DNA from: Cyanophora paradoxa CCMP329
Taxonomy: Eukaryota > Plantae > Glaucophyta
Length of the DNA: 35,189 nt
Direction of reading: 5' to 3'
NCBI GenBank assembly: GCA_004431415.1
Contig: QPMI01000379.1
Span: forward strand, 1-35,189
In this document: one piece after another, positions 33,430 to 35,189 of the stretch
How positions within the stretch are numbered: the stretch's first letter is position 1
Layout: every line of letters begins with the position of its first letter
Notes under the pieces: generated by a model
Database searches by the model: none
What the model was told of the DNA's origin: nothing
The model's input: only the letters and a program-made list of their open reading frames with translations
Program-made: the position numbers and the translations under genes

Positions 33430-34302
33430 CTAAAACTCTATGGAGACGCCCTCCGTGTCCTCGGACGCGGGGCCGGCGCCGGCGCCGGCGCCGGGGGCTG
33501 GGGCCGGGGCGGGGGCGGCGGGGGCCGGGGCGCCCGGCGGCGCGGGGCCGGAGAGGCTGGTAAGGTCTTCGGCGTCCAGGTTGCGGGCGCCCTGGACGAG
33601 AGGAGCGTCCCGCGGTCCGTCCCGTACTTGGCGAACAGGCTCTGCATCGCCGGGTCCCGCCCGCGCGAGGACGAAGGCCGCAGCGCCGTGCCCGCCATGC
33701 CCCGCCCGCGGCCCGCCGAGGGACCCAGCTTCAGCCCGGCAAGCTGCGCGCGTGCGTGTCACGCGGCGCGGCGGGCGAGGCGCGGCGCGGCGAGGTGGGT
33801 CGCGGGGCGCGCCTCGTGGGTCGGGGCCCGCGTCGGGGTCGTGGGCTTGGGCGGCTCGTCCTCGTCTGAGGATTCGATGTCCTTTGGGCGCGCCCTCCGC
33901 ACCGGCGAAGGCTGCGCCTGCGACGCCGCGACGCTGATGACCCCTGCGCGTGGCCCGTTACGTCGATCCGGCGGCCGAGCGGGCGGGCGGCTCGCCTTGC
34001 GGAACGCTCTCGAAAGTGTAGTCCGGCTCGGGTTCCGGCGGGGGCGGCGGCGCCGCTGGCGCTGAGGACGAGGACGCCGCGCCCGCGTCGGCAGGAGCGG
34101 GCTGGGCTCGCGCCGCTGACGCAGTCTTCTTCTTGGGAAACGCGGGACCGGCCGAGGGCTCGAAGACCTCGATCTCGGCCTCGTCCTGCGGAGCGATGAG
34201 CGCTCGAACGCCGCACGCGCGACGCAGGGCGGGCCCGGGCTCTGTCGCGCGCACCGACGAGTCTCCGCCTGCAACGCGGGCGTGCAGTGGTCTGCTGGCC
34301 AT
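33430..34302 (-). CDS. Hypothetical low-complexity protein, multi-exon
   Basis: Exon-like blocks MASRPLHARVAGGDSS / DEAEIEVFEP...YTFESVPQ / ...DIESSDEDEPPK / AMQSLFAKYG / EDTEGVSIEF* separated by typical short introns; start and frame uncertain. Confidence 0.45.
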
Positions 34303-34515
34303 CGGCAAACTTCGAGCGGTTTCCACCTGTATCCCCCCGGCGAGCGCTCGAACCCGGCATCCAGCTTTGCGGCGCACCCATCGGAGAGCAGCAGTATCGC
34401 AGAGCACGCGAGCCGCGCCGCGCGGCAGCGCAACGCGCTGGCGAGGAGAACGCGGAGCTCGGCTGGCGGCGGGCGCCTGAGCCCCACGCGCTAGCTACGG
34501 ATTCGGGGCGCCGAG

Positions 34516-35189
34516 ATGACGTCCATGCAGAAGTTCTGGAAGCCGGGCACGATTGCGCCCGGCGTGGACATCGATCGGAACGATGGCGAGCCGGCCCCCA
34601 TCGTCTTCAACCCGAACTCGCGCCTCTCGCTGTACCAGCAGCGGCAGCGCCTGCCCATCTACAAGTGCCGTGCGTCGCTCGCGCGGCCCCGCGGCGGCCC
34701 GCGCGGCTGCGAACCTTCCCGCAGGCGATGCGTTCCTGTACATGGTCGAGACGTACCGCGCGGTGGTTATCGTGGGACAGACGGGCTCCGGCAAGACGAC
34801 GCGTGCGTGCGGCGTTCGCGCGGCGGCTTCGCCAGTGTCGGCCGCGGCCGAACGCGGGACGCGGGCGCAGAGATCCCACAGTACCTGCACGAGGCCGGCT
34901 GGACGGCGGGAAACCGCATGGTGGCCTGCACGCAGCCGCGGCGCATCGCCGCCATCACCGTCGCCCAGCGCGTCGCCGAGGAGATGGGCTGCGGCCTCGG
35001 CACCGAGGCGCGCCGCCCCCGCGCTCGGAAACGAGCCGTTCGAGCTCGGATCGGCGCTCGCTCACGCGCCGCGGCGCCGGCCGGCCGTAGGTTGGCTACT
35101 GCGTGCGCTTCGACGAGAAGTGGGACCCCGAGAAGACGCGGATCAAATTCGTCACCGACGGCATGCTCCTGCGCGGTGCGCCCGGCGCG
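34516..35189 (+). CDS. DHX35: DEAH-box RNA helicase DHX35-like, 5' part (runs off window)
   Basis: MTSMQKFWKPG...FNPNSRLSLYQQRQRLPIY; VIVGQTGSGKTT/QIPQYLHEAGW; ACTQPRRIAAITVAQRVAEE; VGYCVRFD; IKFVTDGMLLR. Confidence 0.9.
   Translation, partial: MTSMQKFWKPGTIAPGVDIDRNDGEPAPIVFNPNSRLSLYQQRQRLPIYKCRASLARPRGGPRGCEPSRRRCVPVHGRDVPRGGYRGTDGLRQDDACVRRSRGGFASVGRGRTRDAGAEIPQYLHEAGWTAGNRMVACTQPRRIAAITVAQRVAEEMGCGLGTEARRPRARKRAVRARIGARSRAAAPAGRRLATACASTRSGTPRRRGSNSSPTACSCAVRPA

Noticed and set aside
1200-33600. Single-base frameshifts near 1210, 15570, 24570, 27110 and 33580 as programmed frameshifting or pseudogenisation
   Set aside because: Those examined sit in or beside C/G homopolymer runs and are fixed by one base; sequencing or assembly indels are the simpler explanation.

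Overview
Very GC-rich, intron-dense nuclear DNA from a photosynthetic microbial eukaryote. The plastid transit peptide starts MAF and has no ER signal, which is glaucophyte/red-alga-like (inference). Most long ORFs in the supplied track are GC-rich artefacts; the real genes are split into many short exons and often use GC-AG introns. Genes in order: partial Raf/TKL-type kinase (+), NACHT-HEAT STAND NTPase (-), P1B Cu-ATPase with about 6 HMA domains and an apparent C-terminal U-box/RING-like tail (+), a lower-GC transposon island, a CID plus F-box-like protein (-), thylakoid-lumen pentapeptide protein TL15-like (+), PABPN1 (-), IPK1 (+), a hypothetical gene (-) and partial DHX35 (+). The island holds a poly(A) retroposon, two inverted TA-flanked MITEs, and a young non-coding LTR element inserted in exon 1 of an EF-hand/TM gene. 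The most striking unexplained signal is a recurrent 8-bp insertion with the fixed grammar X-C-revcomp(X)-G-X (X = any 3-mer). It appears exactly at least 12 times and is supported by internal empty-site comparisons. It looks like dense hairpin-type excision footprints of a 3-bp-TSD DNA transposon that is not itself present in the window. Exon boundaries and repeats were read by eye.
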